Shown here piece after piece: positions 10,625 through 22,000 of a stretch of DNA of 45,996 bases. Position 1 is the stretch's first letter. Each line of letters begins with the position of its first letter. Origin of the DNA: Hausera hauseri (taxonomy: Eukaryota); the NCBI GenBank assembly GCA_046269625.1, contig JBJURY010000012.1, positions 62,001 through 107,996 on the forward strand, in the 5' to 3' direction. The notes under the pieces are model-generated. The model ran no database searches, had not been told where the DNA came from, and saw only the letters and a program-made list of their open reading frames with translations. The position numbers were made by a program, and so were the translations under genes.

Positions 10625-11517
10625 TAAATTATCTTAAATAGTTTATTGAATATTATTTTATATATATCAAAGAAATATATTTTATTGTTTTGAATATTTT
10701 TATTAAATGTATTTAAAAAAAACATTCTTTTTATTCTCGACCTAGATAAATCATTAATAAAATTTTTTGCTGATAATATAGCATGTGTAGCAAAGACATA
10801 GATGTTTTTTATATTCTTACTAACTAATTTTGTTAACTTAAATATAGTCCTTCCTGAATCAACAATATCATCAATTATTATTCCATTATTGTAACTTTTA
10901 TTAATATTATTAATAAAAGTTACTTTATTTTTGTATCTTTCTTTATTATATATATATATATTATACTTAATATATTTCTTATATTGTTTTACTCTATTAA
11001 ATGATCCTGAATCTGGAAATATTATTATAGTATCTCTAATACTAAAATTTTTATTTATAATCTTTATATAAAACATAAATGAACTTATTTCTATCAAAGG
11101 GGTTTTATAAAACCCTTCTATTTGTTTTGAATGTAATTCAAAAGTTAGTATACATTTTATTTTAAATAAATCAAATATGGAAGCGATTACTTTAGCAGAA
11201 ATACATGAGTTATTTATTTTTCTATCTTGTCTAGAATAACATAGATACGGCATAACTAACACTATATTATATAGATTTCTTATTAAGGCATCTAGTATTA
11301 AATATAACTTTATTAAACCTTTATTTATGTCCCCAGTAAAAAAATATATTATTATTATTATCTTTTTATTAATATTTATTTCTTTAATACTAATGGATAA
11401 TTCTTTATCCTTAAATTCTTTTGTATAAATACCTATTAATTTAAATCTTTTATATTTATTTAGTATTTTCTTTAAGTTATTGTTAACTATATTTGAATAA
11501 ATAAAAGTTTTTTTCAT
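10624..11517 (-). CDS. prs: ribose-phosphate pyrophosphokinase
   Basis: PYLCYSRQDR, ELHSKQIEGF, PDSG, IDDIVDSGRT, ATHA. Confidence 0.95.
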   Translation of the reverse strand: MKKTFIYSNIVNNNLKKILNKYKRFKLIGIYTKEFKDKELSISIKEININKKIIIIIYFFTGDINKGLIKLYLILDALIRNLYNIVLVMPYLCYSRQDRKINNSCISAKVIASIFDLFKIKCILTFELHSKQIEGFYKTPLIEISSFMFYIKIINKNFSIRDTIIIFPDSGSFNRVKQYKKYIKYNIYIYNKERYKNKVTFINNINKSYNNGIIIDDIVDSGRTIFKLTKLVSKNIKNIYVFATHAILSAKNFINDLSRSRIKRMFFLNTFNKNIQNNKIYFFDIYKIIFNKLFKII

Positions 11518-11520
11518 ACT

Positions 11521-11592
11521 AAAGGAAGATAGGATTTGAACCTATGATTCCGGAATCAAAATCCGATACCTTAGCCACTAGGTGACCTCCTT
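11521..11592 (-). tRNA. tRNA-Gln(TTG)
   Basis: TCGGA-TTTTGAT-TCCGG anticodon arm, GTTCAAATC T loop, upstream of prs. Confidence 0.93.
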
Positions 11593-11928
11593 ATGAAGAA
11601 TATAAATAAAGTAATGCTAATAGGATACTTAGGAAATAACCCTAAGATAAATAAAATAAATAGGGAAAATTATGTACTAAATTTTCCCCTTTCTACATCG
11701 GAAAAATATAATAATAATAGTTCAATAACTTGGCATAATATTTCCTTATTTACAAAGAATAAGAAAATAAATAATATTCTTAAAAAAGGTATGTTAGTGT
11801 TTTTAGAAGGTAGGATAAAATATAGTTTCTGGGGTAAGGATAATAAAAATACTAGAGTAAATATAGTATGTAATATAATAAATATATTAAGCGCGGTAAA
11901 AAAAAATATAAAAATCTTTCCTTATTAA
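11593..11928 (+). CDS. ssb: single-stranded DNA-binding protein (short tail)
   Basis: INKVMLIGYLG, TWHNI, KGMLVFLEGRI, C-terminal FPY resembling IPF. Confidence 0.9.
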   Translation: MKNINKVMLIGYLGNNPKINKINRENYVLNFPLSTSEKYNNNSSITWHNISLFTKNKKINNILKKGMLVFLEGRIKYSFWGKDNKNTRVNIVCNIINILSAVKKNIKIFPY

Positions 11929-11929
11929 A

Positions 11930-12547
11930 ATGTTAAGTATATATATTAAAATTATAAGTGATTTATTAAAAAAAAATATACTTAATAAAATTAAATCAAT
12001 CTATTTCGGAGGTGAGAGTATAATATTTAATTATTTATTTTATAAATTAACTAATAATATTTTTAAGAATAATAATATTATTATCTATTCTTTTAAGAAT
12101 AGATATAAAAAAAAAATAAGTAATATAAGAATTATTAATATTAATAAAATAAGTAATATAAAAATAGATCTTTTTATATCTGAGATCTTATATTATAATA
12201 AAAATAATATTATAATTAAAAAAAATAATAAATTCTATATAGAAAATATACTAATTAAGTTATCTAGTTTAAATATATATTATTTACTTGATTATAATAG
12301 ACAATATAAAAACAATATTATAAAATATGAATTTAAAAATGCTTCAAAATATATCCTTGATAAAAAATATCTAAAGAATATTAATACCTTTGATAATAAC
12401 ATTATATTAAGTATAAATAATAAAAAGAAGGTAAAAATAAATAATAAATTAATTAAAATACCTGGTTATATATCATCAAATTTAATAAAAAAAAATAATA
12501 ATACTATAATTTATTGTATTAATAAAGAAAAAGTATATATTAAATGA
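11930..12547 (+). CDS. rpiA: ribose-5-phosphate isomerase A-like, catalytic motifs eroded
   Basis: Length and pattern: IYFGGES, IDLFI, DNNIIL, KLIKIPGYISSNLI. Confidence 0.6.
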   Translation: MLSIYIKIISDLLKKNILNKIKSIYFGGESIIFNYLFYKLTNNIFKNNNIIIYSFKNRYKKKISNIRIININKISNIKIDLFISEILYYNKNNIIIKKNNKFYIENILIKLSSLNIYYLLDYNRQYKNNIIKYEFKNASKYILDKKYLKNINTFDNNIILSINNKKKVKINNKLIKIPGYISSNLIKKNNNTIIYCINKEKVYIK

Positions 12548-13281
12548 AATTTATTAAAATGCATTCTTGTGGAAATGATTTTATTATAACAACAAAAAAA
12601 TTTAATATTAGCATTTGTAATAGAAATATAGGTATAGGATGTGATCAAGCAATACAGATAATAGATATAAAAAAATATATATTAAGATGTATTATATATA
12701 ATAATGATGGAAGTAAAGCTTATAATTGTGGTAATGGTATTAGATGTCTAGGATATTATATATTTAAAAAAAGAAAAATAGATTACTTGAAAGTTATTAT
12801 TAAAGATTATAAATATAATTTATGGAGAATAAATAAAACATATATATTATTTAGTGTAATACAATACTTTAATAAATATAAGAAATATTTATTTTTACCA
12901 AAAAATTTATATATATTAAATTATAATTTAAATATATTTATAAATTATAATATAAATTATAATTTATATTTTTCTTTTTTTTTTATTGGTAACTATCATA
13001 TTATAATTTATAAGAAATATAAAAGAATAATAAAACAATATAATAAAAAATTTAATATAACAATATTAAAACATAACAATATTAAAACAATTGAAAGAGG
13101 TTCTGGGATAACATATTCATGTGGAACAGCAAATTGTTCTGCACTTCTATATTACTCACTGATATATAATATAAGATTAATCAAATTAACAAATCGTTTA
13201 GGATATTTATATTTATATTTATATAAACATAGAATACTTTTAATAGGAAAAACTAATATAGTCTATAAAGGAATAATATGA
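12544..13281 (+). CDS. dapF: diaminopimelate epimerase
   Basis: MKFIKMHSCGNDF, GIGCDQ, NNDGS..NCGNG.RC, ERGSG.T.SCGT. Confidence 0.95.
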   Translation: MKFIKMHSCGNDFIITTKKFNISICNRNIGIGCDQAIQIIDIKKYILRCIIYNNDGSKAYNCGNGIRCLGYYIFKKRKIDYLKVIIKDYKYNLWRINKTYILFSVIQYFNKYKKYLFLPKNLYILNYNLNIFINYNINYNLYFSFFFIGNYHIIIYKKYKRIIKQYNKKFNITILKHNNIKTIERGSGITYSCGTANCSALLYYSLIYNIRLIKLTNRLGYLYLYLYKHRILLIGKTNIVYKGII

Positions 13282-13547
13282 TATATATTAACGCTAAGAA
13301 TAAAAGTATAGGTAGATTAAAAAATAATATAATCAACTTTATAAATAAATATAATAAAAACAAAATCAAGGTGGTTAATTTTAATCAGTTAAGAATAAAC
13401 AAAAAAAAGTACATTAAAAGGTATACTGGATATCCAGGAGGGATAAAAAAATATAAACTAAAAGAAATATTTAATAAACCTATATATTATATTAATTATA
13501 TAAGAAAAATAACTAATATATACAACAATATATTAATTATATTATGA
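13278..13547 (+). CDS. rplM: 50S ribosomal protein L13 (short, 89 aa)
   Basis: INA....IGRL, YTGYPGGIK; upstream of rpsI. Confidence 0.88.
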   Translation: MIYINAKNKSIGRLKNNIINFINKYNKNKIKVVNFNQLRINKKKYIKRYTGYPGGIKKYKLKEIFNKPIYYINYIRKITNIYNNILIIL

Positions 13548-13936
13548 TTGGCTTTTATTATTATGGTAAAGGAATAAAAAAAAAATCAATAGCTAAGGTA
13601 TTTATAAAAGATACTAGGAAAAAAAATGGATTAATAATAGTTAATAATAAATTGTTGATAGAATATTTTAAAAAAGATGGAATAGAGAATATATATTATA
13701 TTTTATCTTTAATAAAAAAGAAATTTTATATTAATATTATAGTGAATGGAGGAGGAATTATAAGTCAAATTATGGCAATAAAATTAGCTATTTCCAAAGC
13801 CTTACTAAACCTTAATACCTTTAATAATAATATTATTAAATATAATAAGCTAATTACTACAGATTCTAGAAGAGTAGAAAGAAAAAAAGTTGGATTGCAT
13901 AAATCAAGAAAAGCTCCGCAATATTCTAAAAGATGA
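13544..13936 (+). CDS. rpsI: 30S ribosomal protein S9
   Basis: GGG..SQ, DSRRVERKKVGLHKSRKAPQYSKR. Confidence 0.97.
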   Translation: MIGFYYYGKGIKKKSIAKVFIKDTRKKNGLIIVNNKLLIEYFKKDGIENIYYILSLIKKKFYINIIVNGGGIISQIMAIKLAISKALLNLNTFNNNIIKYNKLITTDSRRVERKKVGLHKSRKAPQYSKR

Positions 13937-14961
13937 TATATATAAAGAACAATTTATATTATTTTTTTAAATATAATTTTATTTATACTAATAAAATTAC
14001 ACTAAAACTAAAATTAGGTATAGATCCTACAGGTTGTTCTTTGCATTTGGGACACTATTTTTTATTAAATAATATTTTTATTTTAAAAAAAATAATTAAT
14101 ATTAAAATCATATTATTAATAGGAAATTATACAGCGGGTTTAAATAATAAAATTAAACAAAAAAAAATATTATTTTATTCTATAAGTATAATAAAACAAC
14201 TAATAAAAATATTTATTAATAATAATATAAAGTATAAACTATATTACAATAATTATTGGTTTAATATAAAAACTATTAATAGTTTTTTTATTATATTCAA
14301 AGGTTTAAAAATTGTAAACATTATTAATACAAATAATAAAAAACAAATAAATCAATACTTATATCCTTTATTCCAAGCTTATGATAATTATATTCTAAGA
14401 CCTGATATAGAAATAGGAGGGATTGATCAAAAGTGTAATTTTAAAATGTGTTTTCTTAATAGAATTAAAAAAATTTATTTTTTTCTATTTGAATTATTAT
14501 TAGATGAAAATAAAAACAAAATATCCAAAACATTAAATAAAAACTACAATCTGAATACAATAAAATATACTTATTATTATTTTATAAGTAATAAAAACAA
14601 ATTTATATTATACTTATATAAAAGATTTAAAGGAATTATTAAATTTATTAGAATAAAAAATAGAATAAAAACCGTTAATTTATATTATAGTATAATATAT
14701 AATATATATAAGGATAAAAAGATACTAAAGTATTTATATTATAATAAATATAAGATATATAAAATAACTAAAAAAATAAAACTCATAAGATTACTTGTAT
14801 TAATAAAGATTACGAACTCCTTAAGGGAATCAAGAATAATTATTAATAAGATATATATAAATAATAAGATAATACACAATACTTTTAAATATATTAGAAA
14901 AAAAGGAGTCTATAAATTAAACTATAAGAAATATAACATATATATATTGAAGATTATATAA
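13933..14961 (+). CDS. tyrS: tyrosine--tRNA ligase
   Basis: GIDPTG.SLHLGH, YPLFQAYD, EIGGIDQ, KISKT, S4-like tail. Confidence 0.92.
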   Translation: MIYIKNNLYYFFKYNFIYTNKITLKLKLGIDPTGCSLHLGHYFLLNNIFILKKIINIKIILLIGNYTAGLNNKIKQKKILFYSISIIKQLIKIFINNNIKYKLYYNNYWFNIKTINSFFIIFKGLKIVNIINTNNKKQINQYLYPLFQAYDNYILRPDIEIGGIDQKCNFKMCFLNRIKKIYFFLFELLLDENKNKISKTLNKNYNLNTIKYTYYYFISNKNKFILYLYKRFKGIIKFIRIKNRIKTVNLYYSIIYNIYKDKKILKYLYYNKYKIYKITKKIKLIRLLVLIKITNSLRESRIIINKIYINNKIIHNTFKYIRKKGVYKLNYKKYNIYILKII

Positions 14962-15154
14962 TATTAAAGAAATTAAATATAATATTTTTTTTTATATATA
15001 TATTAATATTATTTTTAATATTAATAATAATATTATTACTAATATTATTATTATTTTTAATAAATCTAATACTTTTTGCTTTAAATGTAATTAATAATAA
15101 TTTTTTAATTAGTAATAATTTTTTAATTAGTAATAATTTTTTAAATATATTCAT
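14954..15154 (-). CDS. small protein (66 aa), possibly a diverged RNA polymerase omega subunit
   Basis: Fills the tyrS/tRNA-Asn gap; LLLITFKAKSI resembles the omega motif (TYRARQL-like); size fits. Confidence 0.4.
   Translation of the reverse strand: MNIFKKLLLIKKLLLIKKLLLITFKAKSIRFIKNNNNISNNIIINIKNNINIYIKKNIIFNFFNII
15088..15141. repeat. 3 x 18-bp tandem repeat (TAATTA(A/G)TAATAATTTTT), in frame, encoding KKLLLI x3
   Basis: Read directly; one mismatch between units. Confidence 0.85.
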
Positions 15155-15163
15155 CAATATTCC

Positions 15164-15236
15164 CAATTTAACTTAGAATTGAACTAAGGACACATGGATT
15201 AACAGTCCATTGCTCTACCAACTGAGCTATTAAACT
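15164..15236 (-). tRNA. tRNA-Asn(GTT)
   Basis: GCTCAGTTGGTAGAGC D arm, ATGGA-CTGTTAA-TCCAT, GTTCAATTC. Confidence 0.95.
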
Positions 15237-15664
15237 TTTCTATTAGTAATTAAATTACCATATATATGGTCATATTCATGTTGTATAAATATTGAATTAT
15301 TATTCTTTATATATAATAATATTTTTTTATAGTTTATGTTAATATATATAATAACGATATACTTTCTTCTTTTAATTAATCTATATAAATAAAGTAAAGA
15401 TAAACAACCCTCAAAAGAGGAAATATATTTTTTACTAAACCATATTATCTTAGAATTAATAAATACATTAAAATTAAATATTTTTTTATTAGAAATAAAA
15501 GTATTATTTAATTTCCCTAATTGTGATAATGCTAAACCTAATGCTTTTTCTTTACGTATTATAACCATTGCTTTAATTATAATAATATATATAATTAGAT
15601 CTATATGTATTAAATTACTACTTTTGTTAAATAAAATCTTATTTGGATATCTTAATAAGTTCAT
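15230..15664 (-). CDS. def: peptide deformylase
   Basis: LGLALSQLG, EGCLS, QHEYDHIYG; start moved to MNLLRYP. Confidence 0.93.
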   Translation of the reverse strand: MNLLRYPNKILFNKSSNLIHIDLIIYIIIIKAMVIIRKEKALGLALSQLGKLNNTFISNKKIFNFNVFINSKIIWFSKKYISSFEGCLSLLYLYRLIKRRKYIVIIYININYKKILLYIKNNNSIFIQHEYDHIYGNLITNRKV

Positions 15665-15893
15665 GAATAAATATATATATATATATTGAATTTCAATATG
15701 TACAAAATGTAGAAAGATAAAATATATAATAAATAATATAAATTTAAATAGAATTAAATATATAAAATATGATAAAATGTATGATAAAATAAACATATAT
15801 ATAAATATTTTCCCGGCTATAGGATATAATAATTATATATCAAATAATAATATATTAAAGAAAATTATTATTATATTAAAGAACAATTTATAA
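15663..15893 (+). CDS. thioredoxin/glutaredoxin-fold protein with in-frame TGA at codon 9 (readthrough gene or pseudogene)
   Basis: MNKYIYIY*ISICTKCRKI...INIFPAI...: CxxC and cis-Pro loop; frame exactly fills the def-rpsJ gap. Confidence 0.6.
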
Positions 15894-16161
15894 TAGAAGG
15901 GAGATTAAACTTTAATAATTCTATAAACTTTTTTCTGGTAATTTTTTTTATAAATATCTTATACTTATATATTCTATATTCTATTTGATCCATAGAATTC
16001 TTATCTATATGAGGTGACCTTAATAGACTAAACTTTTTTATTTTTTTAGGTAAACAAATAACATTATAAATAATATAATTTTTTTTAAAAAATAATATTA
16101 TTTGTTTTAAATATTTATTTAATATAATCGGATTAAATGATTTTAATAATAATTTAATCAT
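15871..16161 (-). CDS. rpsJ: 30S ribosomal protein S10
   Basis: LKSF, LP, LRSPHIDKNS.DQ.E. Confidence 0.93.
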   Translation of the reverse strand: MIKLLLKSFNPIILNKYLKQIILFFKKNYIIYNVICLPKKIKKFSLLRSPHIDKNSMDQIEYRIYKYKIFIKKITRKKFIELLKFNLPSIINCSLI

Positions 16162-18202
16162 TATGTTTTATATATTGTTTAGAGACTTTTTTATAACAAA
16201 AAAAATCCATATCAAAATCTATCCTACCTTTTGTTAATGATCTAGCCACAGTGGAATAATTAAGCACTTCAGAAAGTGGTACTAAAGAAATAATTCTAGT
16301 TTTACCTTTCTCATTAAATGATTTAAGAATTTTACCTCTCTTAGAATATAAATTACTAATAACCCCTCCCATAAATTCCTCAGGGAATATTAAATTTAAT
16401 TTCATTATTGGTTCTAGAATGATAGGAATAGAATTTTCAAGTGCTTTTTTTAAAGCAATAGAACTTGCAATTTTAAAAGCATATTCACTAGAATCTACTT
16501 CATGAAAAGTACCTCCTATTAACTCTATTTTTATATCCGTGACCTTATATCCAAAGAATCCGTGTTCACAAGTTTCCATAAAACTCTTTTCTATTGGTTT
16601 AATATACTCATTTGGAATTGAACCTCCTTTAATAGAATTAACAAAACTATTTCCTTTGCCTCTTTCTTTTGGAAAAACATTTAATATAACATGACCATAT
16701 TGTCCTCTACCACCTGATTGTTTAATGTATTTACCTTCTATATTTAATGATGATTTACTTATAGTTTCTTTATAGAAAACCCTTGGATAACTTTTAAATA
16801 GTTTTATTTTTGAATCTCTTCTTAGTTTTTCTATAAATACTTCTAAATGCAATTCACCTAATCCTGATATTATAATATCAGAATTTTTTTTATTAAATCT
16901 ATACTTTATAGAAGGATCTTCTTGAGAATTCTTTTTAATATAAGAAATAAGTTTTTGTTGTTCTGATTTTAACAAAGGTTTTATAGTAACAGAAATAACA
17001 GGTTCTGAAAATATTATCTTCTCAAAAGAATACCTAGAATCTAAAGAAGATAAAGTATCTCCTGTACTAGCTTTTTCAATACCAGTTAAAGCAATTATAT
17101 CACCAGATCTTGCTATATTACTTTCTATTTTTTTATCTGCATGTATAAAAAATATTTTTGAAAACCTAACTTTTTTACCTTGAGTAGTATTATATAACAC
17201 TTTATTATCAATACTTAATATCCCAGAATATATTCTAATATAAAATAATCTACCTAAAAATATATCATTAACTATTTTGAAAATAAAACCATAAAAATCA
17301 TTATTATCTTTCAATAAAATTTTATTATCTTTATCATCGGAAATAATATATCTCCTTTCTAAAGGAGATGGTAAAAATTGTACTATACTATCCAATAACA
17401 ACTGTATACATTTATTCTTCAATGAACTACCACATACTATAGGTATTATTTTCTTACTGATAGTTAATTCTCTAATATACAATAATATATCATTATCAGA
17501 AAGCTTATTATCTAAATATTTAGATGTTAAATATTCATTATTATATACAATATCTTCTACTAATGTTTGTCTTAATAGTTTAATTTTATTTATATAAATA
17601 CTAGGTATAGTTATTACATTATAATCATTCATATTGTTAGAATTCCAATGATAATATTTCATATCAATTATATCTATAACCCCAATAAAATCACCATCTT
17701 TATATATAGGATAGTGTAATTTAATTATATTGGTATTAAATTTCTTCCTTATTTGATCACATACTAGATCATAATTAGAACCATTCCTGTCTAATTTATT
17801 AATAAAACATATAAAAGGTATTGAATATTTTGTTAATTGTTTCCAAATAACTTCTGTTTGCGCTTGTATGCCTGACACAGCACAACAGATTAAACAAACA
17901 CCCTCAAGTACTCTCATTGACCTTTGAACCTCTACACTGAAATCAACATGTCCTGGTGTATCAATTATATTAATTTTATAATTAACAGATTTTTTTTTCC
18001 AAAACACTGTAGTAACAGCTGAATTAATAGTAATACCTCTCTCTTGTTCCTGATCCATAAAATCCATTACTGTATTACCTTTATGCACCTCTCCTAATTT
18101 ATAACTTTTACCAGTACAATACAATATCCTTTCAGTAATTGTTGTTTTTCCAGCGTCAATATGTGCGCATATTCCTATATTTCTATAGTTATATATAATC
18201 AT
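16154..18202 (-). CDS. fusA: elongation factor G
   Basis: AHIDAGKTT, DTPGHVDF, NKLD, KQSGGRGQYGHV. Confidence 0.98.
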   Translation of the reverse strand: MIIYNYRNIGICAHIDAGKTTITERILYCTGKSYKLGEVHKGNTVMDFMDQEQERGITINSAVTTVFWKKKSVNYKINIIDTPGHVDFSVEVQRSMRVLEGVCLICCAVSGIQAQTEVIWKQLTKYSIPFICFINKLDRNGSNYDLVCDQIRKKFNTNIIKLHYPIYKDGDFIGVIDIIDMKYYHWNSNNMNDYNVITIPSIYINKIKLLRQTLVEDIVYNNEYLTSKYLDNKLSDNDILLYIRELTISKKIIPIVCGSSLKNKCIQLLLDSIVQFLPSPLERRYIISDDKDNKILLKDNNDFYGFIFKIVNDIFLGRLFYIRIYSGILSIDNKVLYNTTQGKKVRFSKIFFIHADKKIESNIARSGDIIALTGIEKASTGDTLSSLDSRYSFEKIIFSEPVISVTIKPLLKSEQQKLISYIKKNSQEDPSIKYRFNKKNSDIIISGLGELHLEVFIEKLRRDSKIKLFKSYPRVFYKETISKSSLNIEGKYIKQSGGRGQYGHVILNVFPKERGKGNSFVNSIKGGSIPNEYIKPIEKSFMETCEHGFFGYKVTDIKIELIGGTFHEVDSSEYAFKIASSIALKKALENSIPIILEPIMKLNLIFPEEFMGGVISNLYSKRGKILKSFNEKGKTRIISLVPLSEVLNYSTVARSLTKGRIDFDMDFFCYKKVSKQYIKHND

Positions 18203-18207
18203 TATTA

Positions 18208-18681
18208 TTAAAAAACAAAATGAGAAAATGCTCTATTAAGTTCAGCGTTTTTATGCACTAGATCTCTATTCTTAATAGAATCACCTGTATTAAAGTAACT
18301 ACTTACTATTTCTAATGCTAAAGAAATATAAAAACTATTTTTTCTATTTTTTAAAGAATTCCGTTTTAACCACTTCATAGCTATAAATATACTTCTTTTA
18401 TAATTTATTTTGATAGGTATTCTATACGTTGTTCCTCCAACTCTTTTACTTTTTATTTCTACTCTAGGTCTTATATTTCTTAATGATATTTTGAATATAT
18501 AATAAGGATTTAAAAAAAAAACATTACTTATAAAACAAAATGTTTTATATAATATACTCAATGCTTTATATTTTTTTCCTTGTTTCATTATTATATTTGT
18601 AAACTTAAATAATATATAACATCTATATTTATTTATAATATTTATAGTCCTTAATTTAATTTTTTTTCTTCTTCTTGACAT
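18208..18681 (-). CDS. rpsG: 30S ribosomal protein S7
   Basis: [22 protein letters not shown]. Confidence 0.96.
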   Translation of the reverse strand: MSRRRKKIKLRTINIINKYRCYILFKFTNIIMKQGKKYKALSILYKTFCFISNVFFLNPYYIFKISLRNIRPRVEIKSKRVGGTTYRIPIKINYKRSIFIAMKWLKRNSLKNRKNSFYISLALEIVSSYFNTGDSIKNRDLVHKNAELNRAFSHFVF

Positions 18682-19040
18682 TTTTTTGTACCATATTTCG
18701 ATCTGGAAGATTTTCTATTTTTAACGCCATTTAAATCATATACGCCTCTTATAATATGATATTTAACCCCAGGAAGATCTTTAACCTTTCCTCCTCTAAT
18801 TAAAACTACAGAATGTTCTTGTAAATTATGTCCTTCTCCTCCTATATAAGAAATAACTGTATGTCCTGATGATATTTTAACTTTAGCTACCTTTCTTAAA
18901 GCTGAATTTGGTTTTTTAGGAGTTGTTGTATAAACCTTAACACATATACCTTTCTTCTGTGGACAACTATTTAATATATTACTTTGCTTTTTCCTTTTTT
19001 TCTTTCTGCATTTTTTTAATAATTGATTTATTGTTGACAT
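18651..19040 (-). CDS. rpsL: 30S ribosomal protein S12
   Basis: [28 protein letters not shown]. Confidence 0.98.
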   Translation of the reverse strand: MSTINQLLKKCRKKKRKKQSNILNSCPQKKGICVKVYTTTPKKPNSALRKVAKVKISSGHTVISYIGGEGHNLQEHSVVLIRGGKVKDLPGVKYHIIRGVYDLNGVKNRKSSRSKYGTKKCQEEEKKLN

Positions 19041-22000
19041 AATTTAAATTTAATCCAGTACCAAGTGGGGGTACTCTACCTGAGATAATATTTTCTTTTA
19101 CCCCTACAAAGGTGTCTTGTTTGTTTAGGAATACTGCATTAGTTAATATTTTTGCAGTTTCTTGAAAAGAAGCTGAAGAAATAAATGAGGTATTATTTAA
19201 TGACACTTTAGTAATACCAGTTACTATATTTTTATACATATTTATGTATTTTTTATTCTTGAAATATTTTATATGATCAACTATTTCTTTATTATATATA
19301 TTAATATTATTTTTATGTACACTAACCTTAATATTTCTTACCATTAAACTTAATATTACCTCAATATGTTTATTATTTATAAATATACCCTGATTATTAT
19401 AAATATATTGAATTTTATTCAACATATTTATTATATATGTATTTAATCCACTCTTAATTAAATAATCTTTCATATCTATATTACCTCTAGATAATCTTTT
19501 AAACTTAAGTATCAAACTATTATTATCAATACAATTAAATTTATTACTTTTTATAATATATTTTTTGTTTAATAAATTATTTTTAATATATAAATAAACA
19601 TTATTATTTCTAAATGAATAGTTTACTACACCTGTAATATCACTTAGCTGAGATTTAGATTTAATATTATTTACTTCAAATAATCTTGATATTTTAATTA
19701 GACTCTCAGTTATATCAATTCTATTCCTAATAGGAATATTTTTATATAAAACTATTAATTTGTCTTTGTTAATAATCATATTATTATTAACATATAAAAT
19801 ACAATTCTTATATACCTTTATAGTTTTAAGAGACATACCGTATTTATCAACTATAAATATATCCCCTTTATTAGAAAGAACGTTAATAATATTATTCTTA
19901 CAATATATTTTTAAATATGGTGAATATTTTATATATCCAGAATATGACGAATATAATTTATTTATAGTAATATTATTACTTTCATTTACTCCTCCTATAT
20001 GAAAAGTTCTCATAGTCATTTGAGTACCAGGTTCACCAATAGATTGTGCTGCTATTACTCCTACAGAATCCCCAATCTTAGCATATCTCGATATAGATAA
20101 ATCAAATCCATAACATAAAATACATATACCTTTCTTTAAATTACAAAAGACTGGGCTCCTTAAATATACCATATTAATTCCCTTATCTATTAGTAGATTA
20201 ATATTATCATTAATAAAAACTGAATCTTTTTTAATTAAAACCTTGTCTTTATAATAAATATTAAATAAACTAATTCTTCCATATAATTTGTTTTTATCAA
20301 TATTATCTATATATAATCCTCTTTTAGTAAAACAGTTTCTACTAAGAATTATTGAATCCCTAGCAACATCTACTAATCTTCTGGTTAAATATCCTGAAGA
20401 TGCGGTTTTTAATGAAGTGTCTATCAAACCTTTTCTAGCACCTGATGTCGAAATAAAATATTCTAATAAACTTAAACCTTCCTTGAAATTAGAAAGTACA
20501 GGTATAGTAACAAAACTAGTATCAGGTTTATAAATTAAACCCTTAATACTAGATAATTGTCTAATCTGTAACAACGAATTCTTAACACCTGAATTAAAAA
20601 TACAATAAAAAGAGTTGGAAAATAATTTGTTTTCTTTTAATGATATATTTTTTATTATATAATCTATTATACTTATTAATTTTAACCATAATGATTTAAT
20701 TTTCACACATAAACTTTTATTACTTATTAAGTAAGAATTATATTTCTTAATTAAGAATATATTTTTTCCTATATATTTTTTTAGTAATATATTCTTTAAA
20801 CTAGGTATAATAATATCATCGATAGATAAGGAATAACCAAAAAAAGTGGAAAAGTAAAAACCTAAATATTTTAATTTTTCTACGAAATTTATAGTAATAT
20901 CATATTTCTTATAAGAATAAATCTTTTTAATTAACAATATAATCTTATCTTTACTTAAAACATCATTAAAATATTTGAATAATTTAAAACATTTTATTTC
21001 ATTAAATATAATTATCCTGCCTATAGTAGTAGAAACAAATATATCATTATATATATTTAAATATATTTCATTATTAACATTTATCTTATATCTATAATAA
21101 TATATTATTACATCATCTAAATTATAAAAATATAATACCTTTTTAGATATTTTAATAAATTTAATAGTTAATAAATAAAGCCCTATTATCATTTCTTGTG
21201 TCGGATATATCACGGGTTCCCCATTAGATAATGATAATAATTTATTATTATCTAATATTAATTCATTTACTTCGTACTTAGATCTCTTTGAAACAGGTAA
21301 ATGTATAGCCATTTGATCACCATCAAAGTCAGCATTATAAGATGAACAAACTAATGGATTAATAAATATAGTATTTTTTTTAGTTAAAATAGGATAAAAA
21401 GCTTGTATACTTAACCTATGTAAAGTAGGTGCTCTATTTAAAATTATAGGATAATCTTTAATAATATCATTTAAAATTCTTATTACATTATCAGAAAATT
21501 TATTTACTTCCTCTCTTATAGATATAAAATTAAGGAATATATTATCTTTAAGTAATCTATTATAAATAATAGGTTTAAATAATTCAATACCAATCTTTAT
21601 AGGTATCCTACAAAATTTTATTTTAATAAATGGATCTACAACAATAACCGCTCTACCTGAATAATCGACTCTCTTACCTAATAAATCCTGTCTAAATCTT
21701 CCTGTTTTACCTTTCAAATTGTCAGAAATTGATTTTAAAGGTTTTCTATTAGAATTTCTTAGAATTTTTTTACTTTTTATATTATCAAACAAAGAATCTA
21801 CAGCTTCTTGTAATAATTTTTTTTCATTTATTATTATTAACTCAGGAGTGTTAATTTTTTGCATCCTCCTTAATCTATTGTTTCTATCTAAAACATACTT
21901 ATATAAGATATTAATATCAGATATAGCATATCTTCCATTATTTAATCTTACTATTGGTCTTAATCCTGCTGGAAGAACAGGTAAAACAGTTAACATTAAC

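Noticed and set aside
13933-14961. TyrRS as splicing cofactor for the intron (by analogy to fungal CYT-18)
   Set aside because: No sequence evidence; the protein is reduced with no recognisable insertions
15687-15689. TGA as selenocysteine
   Set aside because: It does not align with either Cys of the CxxC, and no SECIS-like hairpin or sel genes are visible
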